Below are positions 60,514-64,000 of a DNA stretch of 64,000 nt, piece by piece. Source of the DNA: Neophaeotheca triangularis (lineage: Eukaryota); contig BAAIJX010000002.1 in assembly GCA_054600435.1 (NCBI GenBank), positions 124,001 to 188,000 of the forward strand. The letters run 5' to 3'. Under the pieces are notes generated by a model, which ran no database searches, was not told the origin of the DNA, and saw nothing but the letters and a program-made list of their open reading frames with translations. The position numbers and the translations under genes are program-made. The stretch's first letter is position 1, and each line of letters begins with the position of its first letter.

Positions 60514-62760
60514 TCAAGAAGGCGCACACTCCCCATTACCAGGCGGCGGGGAAGCCATATCGGCGTCGTGATCTTGGTCGTCGGAAGGGGCCTCGTCATC
60601 GACCCAGGCGTCTTCGTTCTCGGCACCAGAGGTGGCTGCTAGACTGCCAGTAGCAGGAGCGTTGGCGGGGCCGTTTCCAGTCGCAGCGGTAGTCGTGGCA
60701 GCGCTTCCGTTCTGGCCGCCCCCGTTCTGACTAGCGCTGTTTTGACCTCCCCCATGGTGGTGGTGTGCGTGAAAACCCCCAGCGCCCCCGCCGTTGAGGC
60801 CAAGGGTGTTACCCGTGCCGCCGGGCGTGGGATTCGCTTGCAGCCAATTGGCGGGAAAGGAGGCGGAGAGGTAGGGGTTACCGTTAGGCATGGTACCTTG
60901 GGTGAAAGATGGCGCGGGTGGGGCTAGGGGGTTGGTGGTGGTGTTAGCTGTGTTGGGTGGTTGGGGTGCGGTGTTGTTGCCGTGGGCTATTGAGGGGTTG
61001 GGAGTGTTTGTGTTAGGTTGGGTACCGTTGGGGTGGGGTTGGTTGTTGGGTGGATGTGGTGGATGAGTGTGGGGACCACCTGGGGCGAAGGCACCGGCGA
61101 GTTGGTTTAAGAGGCCATTGAGAGCTTGTTGGCCGGCTGCTGCTCCGGGAGCTGGTGGTGCTGGGGGTGGTGGGCCGAACACGCCAGGAGGCATAGGTCC
61201 GCCGAACAGACCGCCGGGAGCGAAGGGATCAAGGTCTGTGCCTGCAGGCATACCGACGTTGTACTCTTTGACGAAGACGGCAAGTTGGCGTTGAATCTCG
61301 CTCTGATGGGCGATGCATACGAAGTATCCTATCTCGCCCGCATCTTCACAGCCAGGTGCCATGTGGAGGGGAAGGTCGTTGTGGGCGGGATTTGGGTCGA
61401 TCATACGGCGCTCATGTTGGGTGAGGTTCATGTCAAAGGGGGAGGGGTCGCTACCAAGTCCATCGAATTCGGGAGCAGGTTCGCCTGTTGTAGGGTCGAC
61501 GAGTGAGGGCATCATCGGGTCATCTTCGTCGGTGAAGTCGTCTTCCATGCCAAAACCGTCGTCATCATCGGCCATGTTTTCGGCGTCGTGAGGGTCCGGT
61601 TGGGTGAGGAAGTAAGCTTTCTGGCCAGCTTCTTGACAGTACATGAGATGCAGGTGGTCGAGCTGTTTTAGTTTCTGTAAACCCTTGAGGATGGGTAGCC
61701 AGGAGCCTGAGGTGAGGTCGACCCAGGTGAATTCGACTTTCTTGGCATCGTGCATGGTAGACAAGGTTTTCAATATGGTAGGCTCCTTCATGGCTACGCT
61801 GTGGACTTTGAACGTTTGAAGTTTGGTAAGATCCAGCCCAACTATTACCGCGCTGAGAAGTGATCCAGAATACTTCTCCCCGTCAGAGGAATACTCTAGG
61901 TCCTTCAAGTTGGGGAAGAGAGACGAGAAACTTTTGACCATTGCGCGAGCTTCGGCTCCCTTTAGAGGTTGCTTGGCATTGGGGCTGAGCTGACGACCCT
62001 TGAGGTAGATGCGCAAGTTCTTGACGTTGGTGAATGCTTTGCGGAGTGCCAGGCTCTCATCTTTGTTGAAGTTCAAGTCTTTTGCGAAGAGACCGTGGCG
62101 CTTGCATTTGAGGTTGGTATCGAGACTGAGGAGTGTGTCGATGCCACTTACGGCGACAGACTCTATAGTGGTGCGCCATACGTGAGACAGGAAGGTGATG
62201 TAAGCGGTGTTTTTGCGATCGTCACCGGGAGCGAGTGTTGGAGGGTGACCTGTGAGACGTGTAATTCGGCGGAAGCCACGAATGTCGACAGAAGAGGGCA
62301 GACAGGAGTAGCTGTCGGTGATGGAGAGGTCGGTGAGGGCTGGCAGTTTCTTGAAGGCCTCAACGATGTAGTCTTTGGCTCCACCAGTCTTGATGAGCTT
62401 CTGTTGGTCGTTGTAGTACTCCTTGTGGGCTTCGGCCTCCCTCACGTTGGGGATCCAGCAGCTGCAGTCATGTGGACACTTCCATACAGGGTCAGAGAAG
62501 TAGCCAGCGCAAAAGGAGACGTCGCGGAGATATTTGTTGAGCTTGACATTGTGGGCGATGTTGACGAGGACCTTGAGACTGTCGGTGGTGAAGAGAAAGC
62601 CCTTTGCGGTGAAGTATTCCGTGGCAAACTCGTGGAGGGACCTATTCTCGACGGTGCGACAGGTCAGACGGAAGTTGAAGATGTCGTCAGGACCCAAGCG
62701 AGCGGCGATGTTGGAGATTAATTCCTCTGGGAGACGGTCGAGCGCGGGACTTGCGGCCAT
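60514..62760 (-). CDS. F-box protein with LRR-like middle and Pro/Gly/Asn low-complexity tail
   Basis: N-terminal LDRLPEELISNIAARLGPDDIFNFRLTCR F-box; LxxLxL repeats (LPALTDLSI, FPNLKDLEY, LKQLDHLHL); intronless. Confidence 0.8.
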   Translation of the reverse strand: MAASPALDRLPEELISNIAARLGPDDIFNFRLTCRTVENRSLHEFATEYFTAKGFLFTTDSLKVLVNIAHNVKLNKYLRDVSFCAGYFSDPVWKCPHDCSCWIPNVREAEAHKEYYNDQQKLIKTGGAKDYIVEAFKKLPALTDLSITDSYSCLPSSVDIRGFRRITRLTGHPPTLAPGDDRKNTAYITFLSHVWRTTIESVAVSGIDTLLSLDTNLKCKRHGLFAKDLNFNKDESLALRKAFTNVKNLRIYLKGRQLSPNAKQPLKGAEARAMVKSFSSLFPNLKDLEYSSDGEKYSGSLLSAVIVGLDLTKLQTFKVHSVAMKEPTILKTLSTMHDAKKVEFTWVDLTSGSWLPILKGLQKLKQLDHLHLMYCQEAGQKAYFLTQPDPHDAENMADDDDGFGMEDDFTDEDDPMMPSLVDPTTGEPAPEFDGLGSDPSPFDMNLTQHERRMIDPNPAHNDLPLHMAPGCEDAGEIGYFVCIAHQSEIQRQLAVFVKEYNVGMPAGTDLDPFAPGGLFGGPMPPGVFGPPPPAPPAPGAAAGQQALNGLLNQLAGAFAPGGPHTHPPHPPNNQPHPNGTQPNTNTPNPSIAHGNNTAPQPPNTANTTTNPLAPPAPSFTQGTMPNGNPYLSASFPANWLQANPTPGGTGNTLGLNGGGAGGFHAHHHHGGGQNSASQNGGGQNGSAATTTAATGNGPANAPATGSLAATSGAENEDAWVDDEAPSDDQDHDADMASPPPGNGECAPS

Positions 62761-64000
62761 GGTGGTGGAGGAGGTGAGGTGTAGAGGCACAAGGCTGCAA
62801 TCAGCAATCAGCGCGTATAGGTTTTGTCTGGATTTTGACGTCAGTTGGCTTGAAATGGTGAAAAAGTACTATGCTAGGTACGTAGATTGTTGGGATAATA
62901 CGTACCTCTCAGCGTGAATACCAGACAGATGCAGCAGTGTTGTATGAGGATTGAAAGGTTTCGACACTGGAGGTGGCCGTTATGTTCGGGCAGCAGAGGT
63001 AGGTTTATTAGGACTTTCCAGGTTAGGTAGAAGCTCGTCAGTCGGTCGGTAGTCAGAAGCTCAAGGCCTCCAGGCTGCACGTTACTGGCAAATGTCTTGG
63101 CACGGTGCACGGACATATGGCATAGATGCCTGCTCACAACCTTAAGCGTGAATGAAAGTGAACGCGACACCAGTCTTTTCTTACCTGTCAAAAAGGAGGA
63201 AAAAAGAAGAAAGGACATGCCGCCAGTAACTTTGCGAATGGGAGACCATCCATAGTAATCCCGGCCTGTGCGACCGTCGTGTGGGCACATGCATACCGAC
63301 ACGTTTTCAGAAGTACGACGGATAGACACGCTCTTGAATGGCATCTCGAATGGCTTAGAATAGGTTTTCCATGCCCAACAGTAGTCTTCCCATCATGTCT
63401 CAGGGAGACCTGTAACATCACAAGCTAATCTCCCTGGGGTACAGGTAGTCGTGGAAGAAGCGTCAACAAAATTGGTGCCGTCGGTAGCTTTGGCTGGCCT
63501 GCCCTGCCCACCGCGTTCCCGCTTATCTGCGGACTGACGGATAGCAGCAGGCTTGGTACAGACAGCCAGATAGCAGGAGAAGCGGCCAACGACTTGTGCT
63601 GTCGTTCAAAGCAGCTTGCTCCATAGTCCAATGTGACCTCAATATCAGGTACGCCGCCCCCACGAGCTGGGCACTGCCCTGGTGTTGTAGAGAGTGAGTG
63701 GAGAAGCGCTTAGCTTGGCGGTAGTACTGTAAGTTAACGTTAAGTGCAGTAGCAGTATTCGCAGGTGCATACAGTATGCACCGCCACGGGTTAAGCGCTT
63801 TCCCCAGAAAGCAACGCGGTTAAGATAAGATAACGCTATTATTAGGTAGGTATCTGGTATCTTATCAGGCTTTGCTGGGGACGAATCTGAAACAACCTTT
63901 AGCCCCCCGACTGCAGGCCCACCTCGTGGCTGTTAGTTCGAGACCGACGACGGGAGTCGTCAAGGTATCTGGATGTATGTCATGTTGTTGCTCGATCAAC

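Overview
Gene-dense window from a filamentous ascomycete, judged by short GT-AG introns with CTRAC branch sites, a Zn2Cys6 factor and a RIP-like TpA-rich left edge; Dothideomycete-like is inference only. About 23 protein-coding genes can be supported. Housekeeping genes: mitochondrial TyrRS, AlaX editing protein, WD40 protein, MIC60, MTC4-like, a 5-exon LYRM2-like gene invisible to the ORF track, NAT4, GAB1/PIG-U, NOP7 and VPS5. The right half is more accessory: Zn2Cys6 TF, bilirubin-oxidase-type multicopper oxidase, DHA1 MFS and an F-box protein. The standout is a mirror-symmetric 7.5 kb block (51808-59322). Two paralogous, one-intron, stand-alone RNase III-domain genes (Mini-III-like signature, no dsRBD) point outward and bracket a divergently transcribed sugar-porter / GH78 alpha-L-rhamnosidase pair. 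The promoter shared by that pair contains a CGG-N11-CCG site. Exon boundaries were read by eye; no database searches were run.
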